Positions 1 through 9,451 of a stretch of DNA of 63,516 nt are shown piece by piece; the first letter of the stretch is position 1, and every line of letters begins with the position of its first letter. The notes under the pieces are model-generated. The model ran no database searches. It was given only the letters and a program-made list of their open reading frames with translations, and was not told where the DNA came from. The DNA comes from Bdellovibrionales bacterium (lineage in GTDB: Bacteria; Bdellovibrionota; Bdellovibrionia; Bdellovibrionales; UBA1609): NCBI GenBank assembly GCA_050246815.1, contig JBFWVI010000011.1:1782-65297 (forward strand). Direction: 5' to 3'. The position numbers were made by a program, and so were the translations under genes.

Positions 1-129
1 GTGATCAGCGATCAGACGCTCACTGCCGACATGTTGTACGCTCCCACTGAGATCGGCCCCAAATCGCCGGTTCAAGAATTGTTCAGCCAGGTCTTGAGCT
101 TGGTGCAAGACCACAAAGAAGAAATCTAG
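1..129 (+). CDS. 3' end of a CDS that begins before the window (product unknown)
   Basis: Open frame 1 (VISDQTLTADMLYAP...DHKEEI) ending at TAG 127-129. Confidence 0.5.
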   Translation: MISDQTLTADMLYAPTEIGPKSPVQELFSQVLSLVQDHKEEI

Positions 130-210
130 AGCCACTCACTCAATTCATGAAGCGGTTTCGCACAATCCCGCGAGAATGACGAGTGTCGCGCAATTTTGCG
201 CCGGCCCCGT

Positions 211-225
211 GTCTCATAATGAGGC
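211..225. promoter_or_regulatory. Palindromic operator/enhancer-like site GTCTCA-TAA-TGAGGC
   Basis: Near-perfect inverted repeat with 3-nt spacer, about 50 bp upstream of a sigma54-type promoter; a similar site lies at 21623-21637. Confidence 0.45.
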
Positions 226-270
226 GCTCCGAAAACCCCATCCTTCCCATTGACTTAGAGATCCAATGTT

Positions 271-286
271 TGGCATCGCCCATGCA
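271..286 (+). promoter_or_regulatory. sigma54 (-24/-12) promoter
   Basis: TGGCATCGCCCATGCA fits TGGCAC-N5-TTGC with exact GG-N10-GC spacing, 35 bp before ATG 321. Confidence 0.6.
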
Positions 287-320
287 CTTCATGAATATAA
301 CGCAAAGAGGGAGCTTTTAT

Positions 321-1502
321 ATGTTGGGTTCAATTAAAAAATGTTTATCTGTCAGTTTAATTTTAGCGACTTTCCCCGCACCCGTTTTCGCCGGCGGCTT
401 TTACCAGCCTGACGAATACCTTAATTTTATTCCGTCCAACGCAGAAGAACATGAATTTGAGATCGCGCGACTTGACAAGGCTACTCGCAGCCTCGCCCAT
501 CAATACGGCGAAATACCCGCCTCATTTTCAAATCTACGATGCTTCGCGAACCTGAAAAACACTCCCTCAGAGAAGCTTCCCCGCATCAACCTTGTTTACG
601 AAATGCACGGCACGGACCGATCCAAATTGACGACGAGAAAATCTTTGATCGATGCCGCCGTTGTGGAACGCTCGCTTTTGCTGCTAGAAAGCGACATAGG
701 CAAAGACGATTTCGCGCTTCGCCGTACCATGTCCAAGTACGGTTTAGCGGATGTGGACCCTACGAATGTCCGCGGTCTTGACGCAAATTTGCAGCATCGT
801 AGCGTCTGGTTCTTGGCTATTTTCACGAATGATTTAGAAGAAGCCCTTAATACCCCCATCAGCAAGCCTGCGGCCTGGAAGTCCGTACGCGAGGCTTTTG
901 TCGAAGAGCTGACCCGCAATCGCAATCTGCGCGAAATTTTAGAAAAAGTCGCGAAAAACAACAAAAAAATAAGTGGGGCTGCCGCACGCGAATTGCTTCA
1001 CACCGCCAATACCTTGCGTGCTTTGCCCGCTAAAACGGATGCGAAATCATTTTTAGGCAGCAGTAAAATCACAAGCGGAAACTTTCAACTTTTGCTGTAT
1101 GAGATGAACAAGGTGGCACACAAAAAAGTGGGGCTTTCTCAGTTTAAAGGTCGTGCGCTTGAACTGCGCATCGTGCACATCGGCATGAATAAGCGCGATG
1201 AGGTTTTTGTCGACCAAATTGGCAAAAGTGTTTGTGAGGCCCTTGAAAAGGGAATCAAAACGATCAACGTCATCATTGGCTCAGGCCACCGCGACAATGT
1301 CAAAAGACGCCTGATCGATGCTTTTACAGAAGCTGGCGTAACCAATCCCGACATTGACCAACTCGATGCCGAAGCCGGCGAGACCCCTTCACCTAAAGGA
1401 CTCCCCCAACCCCATTATTCAAAATTCTTAAGTCGTTTGAACAGGTTTAAGCTGAAGGGCGCAGAATCGATTGGTTCGGCAGCGTCGACCCCAGCTCAAT
1501 AG
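321..1502 (+). CDS. Secreted protein, possible TIKI/TraB/EreA/ChaN-superfamily hydrolase
   Basis: RBS GAGGGAG before ATG 321; signal peptide (..PAPVFA|GG); motifs LVYEMH, LLLES, RGLD, KRDEVF, VIIGSGH. Confidence 0.55.
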   Translation: MLGSIKKCLSVSLILATFPAPVFAGGFYQPDEYLNFIPSNAEEHEFEIARLDKATRSLAHQYGEIPASFSNLRCFANLKNTPSEKLPRINLVYEMHGTDRSKLTTRKSLIDAAVVERSLLLLESDIGKDDFALRRTMSKYGLADVDPTNVRGLDANLQHRSVWFLAIFTNDLEEALNTPISKPAAWKSVREAFVEELTRNRNLREILEKVAKNNKKISGAAARELLHTANTLRALPAKTDAKSFLGSSKITSGNFQLLLYEMNKVAHKKVGLSQFKGRALELRIVHIGMNKRDEVFVDQIGKSVCEALEKGIKTINVIIGSGHRDNVKRRLIDAFTEAGVTNPDIDQLDAEAGETPSPKGLPQPHYSKFLSRLNRFKLKGAESIGSAASTPAQ

Positions 1503-1609
1503 TGCGACGCGTTGATCTCGTCGCCTAAGGAGTCCCGATTCTCTTCTTTAGAACCCATTGACCCCTTTGCTGCCGATGGTAAAACTGTCGGATTGAAAAG
1601 GGGTTTTTC

Positions 1610-2584
1610 GTGTTTGTCGTCACCGGAGCCAACGGATTTATCGGCAGCGCCATGGTGTGGGAATTGAACCGCCAGGGCATCACCGACATTCTGGCCGTGG
1701 ACCGTGTCGACCTCAAACAACGTCCTGAGCTCCTGGCCCCGTTAAAATACACCCGCTTTATGGACGCCGATGAGTTTTTGCGAGTGGTTGCAGGTGCCGA
1801 AGCTCGATCGTTCAAAGCCGTTTTTCACATGGGTGCCTGTTCATCAACCACCGAAATGGACACTGAATTTCTAAAACGCGTGAACACCGACTACACCAAG
1901 TCCATGTTTCAAGCGAGCCTTAAAAACGGCTGGCCTTTGCTTTACGCCAGCAGCGGCGCGGTTTACGGCGATGGCCAGCATGGCTTTGACGACCAGGATA
2001 AAAGCGAACTGTTCAAACCGCTTAATCCTTACGGATGGTCCAAAGCGCATTTTGATGTTTGGGCCGAACAACAAAAACAGTGTCCAACCCGCTGGTACGG
2101 CCTGCGCTTTTTCAATGTCTACGGCCCCAATGAATATCACAAAGGCGATATGAGCAGTGTGGTCTTCAAGGCCGTGCAACAAATCAAAGAAACGGGCCAA
2201 CTGAAGTTATTCCGCTCACACAATCCCGATTACAAAGACGGTCAACAGCTTCGTGACTTTGTTTACGTCAAGGACATCACCGCCTGGATGTGGCAGATCT
2301 TTCAAAATCATAAAGTGCAATCAGGCATCTACAATATGGGTTATGGTGAAGCCCGCACCTGGCTTGACCTGGCCAACGCGGTTTTCAAAAACCTGGATCG
2401 ACCACTGAAAATCGATTGGATCGACATCCCACCTGCAATTCGCAACCAGTATCAGTACTTCACAGAAGCCAAAATGCAAAAACTGATCGGGCAAGGACTG
2501 ACCAAGCCTTCCTGGCAGCTCGAGCGAGGGGTGAGCGATTATGTTACAAAATACCTTAAGTCCAACCCCGTCCAACTTAGCTGA
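1610..2584 (+). CDS. hldD: ADP-L-glycero-D-manno-heptose 6-epimerase
   Basis: VTGANGFIGS, FHMGACSSTTE, PLNPYGWSK, RFFNVYGPNEYHKG, RDFVYVKD, YQYFTEA. Confidence 0.95.
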   Translation: MFVVTGANGFIGSAMVWELNRQGITDILAVDRVDLKQRPELLAPLKYTRFMDADEFLRVVAGAEARSFKAVFHMGACSSTTEMDTEFLKRVNTDYTKSMFQASLKNGWPLLYASSGAVYGDGQHGFDDQDKSELFKPLNPYGWSKAHFDVWAEQQKQCPTRWYGLRFFNVYGPNEYHKGDMSSVVFKAVQQIKETGQLKLFRSHNPDYKDGQQLRDFVYVKDITAWMWQIFQNHKVQSGIYNMGYGEARTWLDLANAVFKNLDRPLKIDWIDIPPAIRNQYQYFTEAKMQKLIGQGLTKPSWQLERGVSDYVTKYLKSNPVQLS

Positions 2585-2591
2585 GGCCCCT

Positions 2592-4337
2592 GTGTCGCCG
2601 GCGCGCAAGAACATCCCTGCTCATTTGAAGAAGTACGTGGTCGAGCAGAACTACGACCGCTACACCGCAGAGGACCAGGCCGTGTGGCGCTTTTTGATGC
2701 GCCAACTGAAAGATTTTTTATCCACGAATGCTCATCCTTGCTATGTCGAGGGACTTGAGCGCACCGGTATCAGCGTCGAAGAAATTCCCCACATCAACCA
2801 AATGGACGAACGTTTAAGTGAGTTTGGTTGGGGCGCCGTGCCCGTCAGCGGCTTTATCCCTCCCGCCGCCTTTATGGAGTTTCAATCGCTTGGCATATTG
2901 CCCATCGCCAGCGACATGCGCAGCATCGATCATCTGACGTACACACCCGCGCCCGATATCGTACACGAAGCCGCAGGACACGCGCCGATTTTGATCAACC
3001 CTGAATTCGCCGAATACTTAAAACGCTACGCCGATGTGGCCAAAAACGCGATCATCAGTCGCCAAGACATGGATCAGTACGAGGCCATCCGTCGCTTAAG
3101 CGACGTCAAAGAAAATCCGGCCTCCACCCCCGCCGAAATCCAAGCTGCGGAAACGCATTTAAATGAAGTGAACAAAAAGTTGACCTCGGTTTCCGAGGCC
3201 GGCTGGCTTTCGCGCATGAACTGGTGGACGGCAGAATACGGTTTGATCGGACCGTTGATGAATCCCAAAATCTATGGCGCAGGCCTTTTGTCTTCCTTGG
3301 GCGAATCCAAAGAATGCCTCAGCGCGAAGGTGCTGAAACTACCTCTGTCGATCGACTGTATCGACATCAGCTATGACATCACCGAACCACAGCCACAATT
3401 GTTTGTGGCCCCTGACTTTAACGCCCTCAACACAGTGCTGGATCAGTTGGCGACACGTATGGCTTTTCGCATGGGTGGCAGCATTGGTCTGCAGCGGGCC
3501 AAACAGGCCGAAGCATTAGTCACGGTCGAGCTGGATTCAGGTTTGCAAATTTCGGGCGTCTTAAGCGACTACAAGGTCAAAGGGCATGACGTGGATTTTG
3601 TTCGATTCAGCGGTCCCGTGGCGTTGGCCCTGGACAACCATCAACTGCCCGAGCACGGGCGACAACTGCACGCTCAGGGCTTTTCTTCGCCGCTTGGCCG
3701 GATTGAAGGATTTGACCGCCCACTGACTTCGGCTTCAGATTCAGATTTGGCCAATCTAGGAATCATCAAAGGCCAAGTCGCCCACCTGCAATTTGGTTCC
3801 GACATCGAAGTGCATGGCCAAGTCGTCGATTGGGTTCGAAACAAACATCGCCTGCTGTTGATTCAATTTGAAAGCGTAAAAGTGCACGTGGGCAACGAAG
3901 TTCTTTTCGATCCTGCCTGGGGTCGCTTTGACATGGCTGTTGGTGAAAAAGTGATCTCGGTCTTTGGTGGCGCGGCGGACCGCGGTGCGTACGGTGAAAG
4001 TGAAGACTTCATTTCAGCCCGAGTACCCGTGCGTGTTTTAAGCACTGAGCTAAAAAACCGTTGCGAGTTCTATGCACAAGTGCGTCGCCTTCGTCAGGGC
4101 ATCTCGGCGTCCACCGACACCATTTGGGCCAGCTTGCATCAACAGTACTTCCAAGAGCTCAGCCACCACTGGCTGCCGGCCTTGGAATTGATCGAACTGG
4201 CCCTGATGAAAAGGCTTGATAACTTTTCAACGGAAGTTGAAAGCCTAAAAAATCATCTGCAAAAATTTTCTACATCTTCGTCCGCCATCAAAGAATGCAT
4301 CTCGAACGGGCTGCGCTTGGCGGATAGGAAACTATGA
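2592..4337 (+). CDS. phhA: Phenylalanine 4-hydroxylase, long form with C-terminal extension
   Basis: YTPAPDIVHEAAGH iron motif, WWTAEYGL, IYGAGLLSS, YDITEPQPQLFV; likely GTG start 2592 after GAGG (ORF track start 2541). Confidence 0.9.
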   Translation: MSPARKNIPAHLKKYVVEQNYDRYTAEDQAVWRFLMRQLKDFLSTNAHPCYVEGLERTGISVEEIPHINQMDERLSEFGWGAVPVSGFIPPAAFMEFQSLGILPIASDMRSIDHLTYTPAPDIVHEAAGHAPILINPEFAEYLKRYADVAKNAIISRQDMDQYEAIRRLSDVKENPASTPAEIQAAETHLNEVNKKLTSVSEAGWLSRMNWWTAEYGLIGPLMNPKIYGAGLLSSLGESKECLSAKVLKLPLSIDCIDISYDITEPQPQLFVAPDFNALNTVLDQLATRMAFRMGGSIGLQRAKQAEALVTVELDSGLQISGVLSDYKVKGHDVDFVRFSGPVALALDNHQLPEHGRQLHAQGFSSPLGRIEGFDRPLTSASDSDLANLGIIKGQVAHLQFGSDIEVHGQVVDWVRNKHRLLLIQFESVKVHVGNEVLFDPAWGRFDMAVGEKVISVFGGAADRGAYGESEDFISARVPVRVLSTELKNRCEFYAQVRRLRQGISASTDTIWASLHQQYFQELSHHWLPALELIELALMKRLDNFSTEVESLKNHLQKFSTSSSAIKECISNGLRLADRKL

Positions 4338-5182
4338 TACAAGATCTTAACGTGGTTTTGGTCCGCCCCACTTTTTCAGGCAATATCGGATCGGCGGTTC
4401 GCGCTTTGGCCAATATGGGTGGACAACGCCTAATTCTAGTCGATCCACAGTGCGAAATCGATGAAGCCACTCGACAAGCGGCCTCTGGTGCACAGGCTTG
4501 GCTGGAACGCATCACCATGTACCAGGATTGGCCGCAATTTTATGCGCATGAACCCGAAGGCTTTCGTATTTCGCTCAGTCGCCGCAGCGGTAAAAAGCGT
4601 CCCTCACAAGATTTAGCAGAGTGTTTAAGTGAAATGCACCAGCAGTCACCGCCCGAAAACGTGGGCAAACCGCTTTACCTTTTCTTCGGTCCTGAAGCCA
4701 GTGGGCTCAGCGCCGAGGATATGGCTTGGTCCCATCGTACCGCCCACTTGCCCGTGCCTGGTGAATTCAAAAGCATGAATCTGGCGCAAGCGGTCATGTT
4801 GGCCCTGTTTATTACCCAACAGGCCCTGGCGCCGCAGCAAAGAGCACCTGCGCACAAAAGACAAAAGCCAACCTTAACAGATTCAGGTAAGCAAGCCTTT
4901 GCGCCTGCCGCCTTTCCCGATGACAGCATTCGCCGCTGGCTGCAGGCCATGGGCTTTTCGCTCGAAAAAAGACGCAAAAGCGCATATCTGACTTTGCGTC
5001 GTCTGCTTTTGCAGAATTGGCCTACAGATGAAGAGCTCATGGTGCTTCAAGCGATCCTGGAACAAAATATCCGCAAGCTGAACGAACGCAACTCACTTGC
5101 GCTTCTTGAACATGTTCCCGACCAATTTCGAAATGTCGGTCTTGAAAATGTCGACCTTCTCGGATTGCCCATTGATCGCTGA
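4334..5182 (+). CDS. SPOUT RNA methyltransferase, TrmJ/LasT family
   Basis: GNIGSAVRALANMG, FGPEASGL, SMNLAQAV. Confidence 0.88.
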   Translation: MIQDLNVVLVRPTFSGNIGSAVRALANMGGQRLILVDPQCEIDEATRQAASGAQAWLERITMYQDWPQFYAHEPEGFRISLSRRSGKKRPSQDLAECLSEMHQQSPPENVGKPLYLFFGPEASGLSAEDMAWSHRTAHLPVPGEFKSMNLAQAVMLALFITQQALAPQQRAPAHKRQKPTLTDSGKQAFAPAAFPDDSIRRWLQAMGFSLEKRRKSAYLTLRRLLLQNWPTDEELMVLQAILEQNIRKLNERNSLALLEHVPDQFRNVGLENVDLLGLPIDR

Positions 5183-7015
5183 TTTTTCGCGACGGGCTTC
5201 CAAAAAATTCGGATCCATGGCAATGGCTTTGTCAAACTGAGTGGCGGCCCCGTGATTGTCACCCAAAGTTTTCTTAAGCAATCCGGACACAAATGCATAC
5301 TGGGCTGTGCGACGCTCTTCGTGAGGGATGGATTCCAAAATCTTGCTGACCTCAGACGCCGTGCTGACATCATCCTTTGACTTCAGCAGCGCCCATGCGT
5401 GAGCGATCTTAATGCCACGGGGGGCATCCGACTTGAAAGCTTTGGTGGTCTTTTCTAAAGCTTCTTTGACTCGGCCGCGCCGCAAGTAATTAATTGCTTC
5501 GTCAACCAAGCTCTCGGCTTGGATTTGCTCTTCGGCTTCGCGCTGCTTTAAATCGTTGATTAACTTTTGTCGCTTCTCGGGGTTCACCAGCAAATCATGA
5601 GCTTCACTGACAATCGAAAAGACTTGGTTCACCGTTTTTCTCATCTCAGTGGAGGCCGCAGGCGACAACAAATCCGGGTGATTTGCACGCGCAAATTCAC
5701 GGTAAACTTTTTCAATTTCCTGCTCTTTGGCGCCTTCGCTAACGCCGAAGTACGCGAAAATTTGAAATGGATTTTTACCTTGTAAATCCTTAAGCATCAG
5801 GCGCATGCGATCGCCATGTTCGGCCGCGCCTTTGACTTTTTTGACATCGTCAAAAATGATCATGCGCCTGAAGGTCATCAGGTGCAGACACTTGTACAAA
5901 GCCCACTCGTCATAGTTGCCAACGCCGCGCAACTCATCAATGGTCATCTGCTTGCCCAAATATTGTGCTAGTTTTGGCAGTCGCGCAAAAAGCTCCAACT
6001 TAAAAAGTGGATGATCGGGTTTGAAAATGGGGCCTACTTGAATCGGGAATTCATGCCAATCTTTATAAAAATCCCTCAAATAATCCAAGGTCATGCCGTG
6101 ATCAACCACATCGACCAACAGAGGTGTGATGTCGTCCATGGTGACACCAAATTCGACTTCTTTCTTCGAGGGATCGGGCACGAAATTCACGTTGAATTGA
6201 TCATTGACGAACAAACGTTTCAAGTCCGAAGCAATTTGCTCTTTGCTCACTAAAGGAAGCACATGTGGGCTGACGAATTGGTTTTCGATCAATACGGGTA
6301 TCAGATCGCCACGACGGCCGGAATTCTGAACGGTTTTTAAATCCTCGCGATTCAGGTATCCCATCTCTAGCAAGAGCATCAAGATGGTGGCTTCTTTTTC
6401 ACTGCTGTCCACGCTGATGATTTTACCCTGCAAAAATGAAATACCATAGATTTCGCCGCTGCTATTGGCGATGTTTAAATGCCCCGAAGCTCCTGCATCA
6501 ATCAGCACGCAAAGTACAAAGGGCAAATCAAAACCGCGCACTTCAGCCAAGCCCTCGATGACCTTCGTTCGTTCGCGCGCAGATGAGAAAGGTTTAGAAA
6601 CCAACACATGCAAGGGTACATTGTCCGGCGAAAGCAACTTAGCGAACTGCGCGTCCAAAATTTCTTTTAATGCTTTCAGATCGAATGGCTTATTTAAAAA
6701 TTCGATGCTTTTGGTTTTTTCAATTGCCTCGCTGGCGAATGAACGGTCTTTGAACACTCCACTCATTAAAATGATCGGGGCGTGAGCAAAACGCGTGCGA
6801 CGCATTTCTTTCGCCAAGTCCACGCCGTTTTGGCGAGGTAACATGCAGTCGATCAAAGCCGCATGATACTGCTTGATCTTGACGGCATTCAGCGCGTCTT
6901 CGGCTTTGGCGACGACATTTGCCTTGTATCCAAAACGCTTGAAGGCCTCGGCCATGGCGCTTCGGAAACTGGCATCATCGTCGACCACCAAAATATTGAT
7001 GTCGGACTTCTTCAT
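5093..7015 (-). CDS. Response regulator: receiver + central PatA-N/DUF4388-like region + DnaJ J-domain + TPR
   Basis: ILVVDDD...LIDCMLP...KPF receiver; NPFQIFAYFGV...YREFARANHPD J-domain; C-terminal TPR-like (FDKAIAMDPNFLEA). Confidence 0.85.
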   Translation of the reverse strand: MKKSDINILVVDDDASFRSAMAEAFKRFGYKANVVAKAEDALNAVKIKQYHAALIDCMLPRQNGVDLAKEMRRTRFAHAPIILMSGVFKDRSFASEAIEKTKSIEFLNKPFDLKALKEILDAQFAKLLSPDNVPLHVLVSKPFSSARERTKVIEGLAEVRGFDLPFVLCVLIDAGASGHLNIANSSGEIYGISFLQGKIISVDSSEKEATILMLLLEMGYLNREDLKTVQNSGRRGDLIPVLIENQFVSPHVLPLVSKEQIASDLKRLFVNDQFNVNFVPDPSKKEVEFGVTMDDITPLLVDVVDHGMTLDYLRDFYKDWHEFPIQVGPIFKPDHPLFKLELFARLPKLAQYLGKQMTIDELRGVGNYDEWALYKCLHLMTFRRMIIFDDVKKVKGAAEHGDRMRLMLKDLQGKNPFQIFAYFGVSEGAKEQEIEKVYREFARANHPDLLSPAASTEMRKTVNQVFSIVSEAHDLLVNPEKRQKLINDLKQREAEEQIQAESLVDEAINYLRRGRVKEALEKTTKAFKSDAPRGIKIAHAWALLKSKDDVSTASEVSKILESIPHEERRTAQYAFVSGLLKKTLGDNHGAATQFDKAIAMDPNFLEARREKSAINGQSEKVDIFKTDISKLVGNMFKKRK

Positions 7016-7023
7016 ACGCTTAG

Positions 7024-7031
7024 TTATCGGA
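7024..7031 (-). promoter_or_regulatory. Possible internal sigma28 -10 element (TCCGATAA)
   Basis: In the 40-bp gap before the REC-J gene; the -35 position (ACAG) is weak. Confidence 0.4.
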
Positions 7032-7055
7032 ATCTATGGGGTTTTTCTGTATCAA

Positions 7056-7481
7056 TTAGCCGTCTGGGAAATGCTTCTTATACGCCTCGTTAAGACGTTT
7101 GGTCAGTGTCTCAAGGTTGAACGGCTTGACGATGTAACCACTGACGCCGTTCACCGCCGCTTCGATCACGGCACCCTTCTCACTTTCTGTGGTGATCAGA
7201 ATAAAGGGCATTCCGCCAAATTCAGCACTGGTTCGCACCTGTTTTAAAAACTCCAGGCCTGAAGGTCCAGGCATGTTCAGATCCGATAAAATCAGCCGCA
7301 CAGGCGTGGGCGTAGAGTGAAAAAATGTCAGCTTTCCGTAGGCTTCAGTGGAGTCTTCTGCGGTCGAAATCTTGATAAAACCCAGCTTTTGCATGCTGTC
7401 GACAATCAAGCGGCGAATGTTTAAGGAATCATCAACGACCAGGATATGGGTTTCTTTCGCGAACATGGGCTTATTATCCAA
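7056..7481 (-). CDS. CheY-like single-domain response regulator
   Basis: ILVVDDS, LILSDLNMPG, ILITTESE, GYIVKPF. Confidence 0.92.
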   Translation of the reverse strand: MDNKPMFAKETHILVVDDSLNIRRLIVDSMQKLGFIKISTAEDSTEAYGKLTFFHSTPTPVRLILSDLNMPGPSGLEFLKQVRTSAEFGGMPFILITTESEKGAVIEAAVNGVSGYIVKPFNLETLTKRLNEAYKKHFPDG

Positions 7482-7484
7482 TCC

Positions 7485-9443
7485 TCATGCTGTCTTGGCA
7501 AATACTTCGGAGGCCGAGGCCTGGGGGAATTCCAAAGTCAGCAGGCTGCCTCGGCCCAGCTCGGATTCAATCCAGGTACGTCCGCCCAAGCGCTCGACTT
7601 CAGTCTTGATTGCGTCCATTCCAATCCCACGACCAGAAAATTGGCCAACAGCCTCTCGACTGGAAAACCCTGGCATGAACAAGCCCTGCAACACATCGTG
7701 CTCACTCATGTGCTCAAACTTCTGATCAGGAAATTTTTCGCACAACTTGGCGCGGATGATGGCGGGATCGATGCCGCCCCCATCATCTTCGATATTCAGT
7801 CGCACCCAGCGGCGACCCTTATTATCAAATTCCCGGGCGGATACTTTGATTTTGCCACTTTCAGGCTTGCCACGCTCTTTTCGAACTTCGACGGTTTCAA
7901 TGCCATGGTCAACCGCGTTGCGAAATGCGTGCACCAAAGAGGCAAATAAATTGTCAAAATGTCCCGGGTTGACTCGAACTGCATCACAATGAAATTCCAC
8001 AGGCGCCAATAACTTGCCTTGGGTTTGGGCCACGTGTTGCGCCACTTCATTAAAATGGCGCAAAAATAGGCTCAATGGCTGCCGCAGCAAATCATCTGAA
8101 AATCGTTGGCGCAACAGCAACGGCGAGTCCTGCTTTCGCATCAGGTCGGCGAACTGCACCAGTTTTTCAACCGACACTTCCACGTTGCGTGTTTCACCCA
8201 CTTTAAGCACTTCCAACAGCTCATGGTTGGTCTTTAAGAACTCATCAAAGGCCACCTCGAGCTTTTGCACTTCGGCGGCCAAATTCTTCAACATCAGGTG
8301 GCGATCATACTTTTCACCCTGACGAAATGGTTCCAGGACCTCTTGGCAATCGCGCGAAACCTGGCGCAAAAGCGCAGCCGAAAAAAGACCCGCTTCACCT
8401 TCTAAGGTGTGTAATGTGCGAAAGGCCTCGCCAAAATCAAAATTCGCGGCCTTGCTTTTAAGCTCCACTTTCAATTGCTGAATCAACGCACGGGTACTGG
8501 ATAAAAAAAGGCCAAACTGTTCGCGGTTTTTGATCACTTTCAAGACCATCTGGATGTACTGCTGCTCTTTTAAGAGAGCCTGTTCGGCCTCGTACTCACG
8601 CGTACGATCTGTGGCCACCATCACCAAATTGGTGATTTGGCCCTCATCCGAGCGGATGGGATAATAGCTCAAGGTGATGTGCTTACCCAATGAGTGCTGA
8701 TAAAGGCTTGGAGCTAGCTCCACCATACTTTCAAAAGGCAGACTCTCCGCAAACACGGCCTGCATCCACATTTTGAACTGCGCCAATTGGCCACCTTGCA
8801 GCTGCAAAACATCCCAGATGGGACGATGAGCAGGCACTCCTTCTAAAATTTCCTCGCAGGCTTTAGTAAAAATGGTTGAACAAATGCCTTTTTGATCGAA
8901 CACCAAAAAGCCCTGTCCCAAGCTATTCATAATGGCGTTCAACATGCGGTTGGCGGTGCGAACTTCGGCGGTTCGCTCTTCCACCATGTGTTCCAAATTT
9001 TTCGAATAATCTTCTAGTTTTGCTTTTGCATGCTGCAATTCGCGAATGTAGCCTTCTTTTTGCTCCAATTCGCCCTGGTATTTCGTGTGCAATGTTTCTT
9101 CCAGTGTCACATCATGCATGATCACCACCCAACGCTTGCTTTCGGCCTCGCTGAATGGTTGCACGGTCACCTGAAGTTTTCCTTGTCGGCCCGTACTTTT
9201 AATCGAAAAATTCAATTCGCGCATGGGTGCCGCGCTGTCTCGGCCCAATTCGCCGCCACTGACCGGATAAAGCTCGCGGTCTTGCAATTGATAAATGTCC
9301 GAAAAAATCACGCCCTTGGTCAGGCGCCTCACAGAAGAACCTGCCAGCATCGCCGCGGCTTCATTGCAATAGAGGATCTTGCGATCCTGATCGACCACCA
9401 CGGTAGAGTCAAATAATGAGTCAAAAACACTGTAGTCGATCAT
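7485..9443 (-). CDS. CheA-like histidine kinase (PAS - coiled coil - PAS - HPt - HATPase; no CheW domain)
   Basis: FRTLHTLEGEAG (HPt); HAFRNAVDHGIE, IEDDGGGID, FMPGFSS, SGRGIGMD; protein ends just after the ATPase domain. Confidence 0.88.
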   Translation of the reverse strand: MIDYSVFDSLFDSTVVVDQDRKILYCNEAAAMLAGSSVRRLTKGVIFSDIYQLQDRELYPVSGGELGRDSAAPMRELNFSIKSTGRQGKLQVTVQPFSEAESKRWVVIMHDVTLEETLHTKYQGELEQKEGYIRELQHAKAKLEDYSKNLEHMVEERTAEVRTANRMLNAIMNSLGQGFLVFDQKGICSTIFTKACEEILEGVPAHRPIWDVLQLQGGQLAQFKMWMQAVFAESLPFESMVELAPSLYQHSLGKHITLSYYPIRSDEGQITNLVMVATDRTREYEAEQALLKEQQYIQMVLKVIKNREQFGLFLSSTRALIQQLKVELKSKAANFDFGEAFRTLHTLEGEAGLFSAALLRQVSRDCQEVLEPFRQGEKYDRHLMLKNLAAEVQKLEVAFDEFLKTNHELLEVLKVGETRNVEVSVEKLVQFADLMRKQDSPLLLRQRFSDDLLRQPLSLFLRHFNEVAQHVAQTQGKLLAPVEFHCDAVRVNPGHFDNLFASLVHAFRNAVDHGIETVEVRKERGKPESGKIKVSAREFDNKGRRWVRLNIEDDGGGIDPAIIRAKLCEKFPDQKFEHMSEHDVLQGLFMPGFSSREAVGQFSGRGIGMDAIKTEVERLGGRTWIESELGRGSLLTLEFPQASASEVFAKTA

Positions 9444-9451
9444 TGCCGCCT

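Noticed and set aside
7056..9443. Calling this a standard chemotaxis (cheA-cheY) operon
   Set aside because: No CheW domain or gene, MCP, CheR or CheB is present, so gene symbols were withheld
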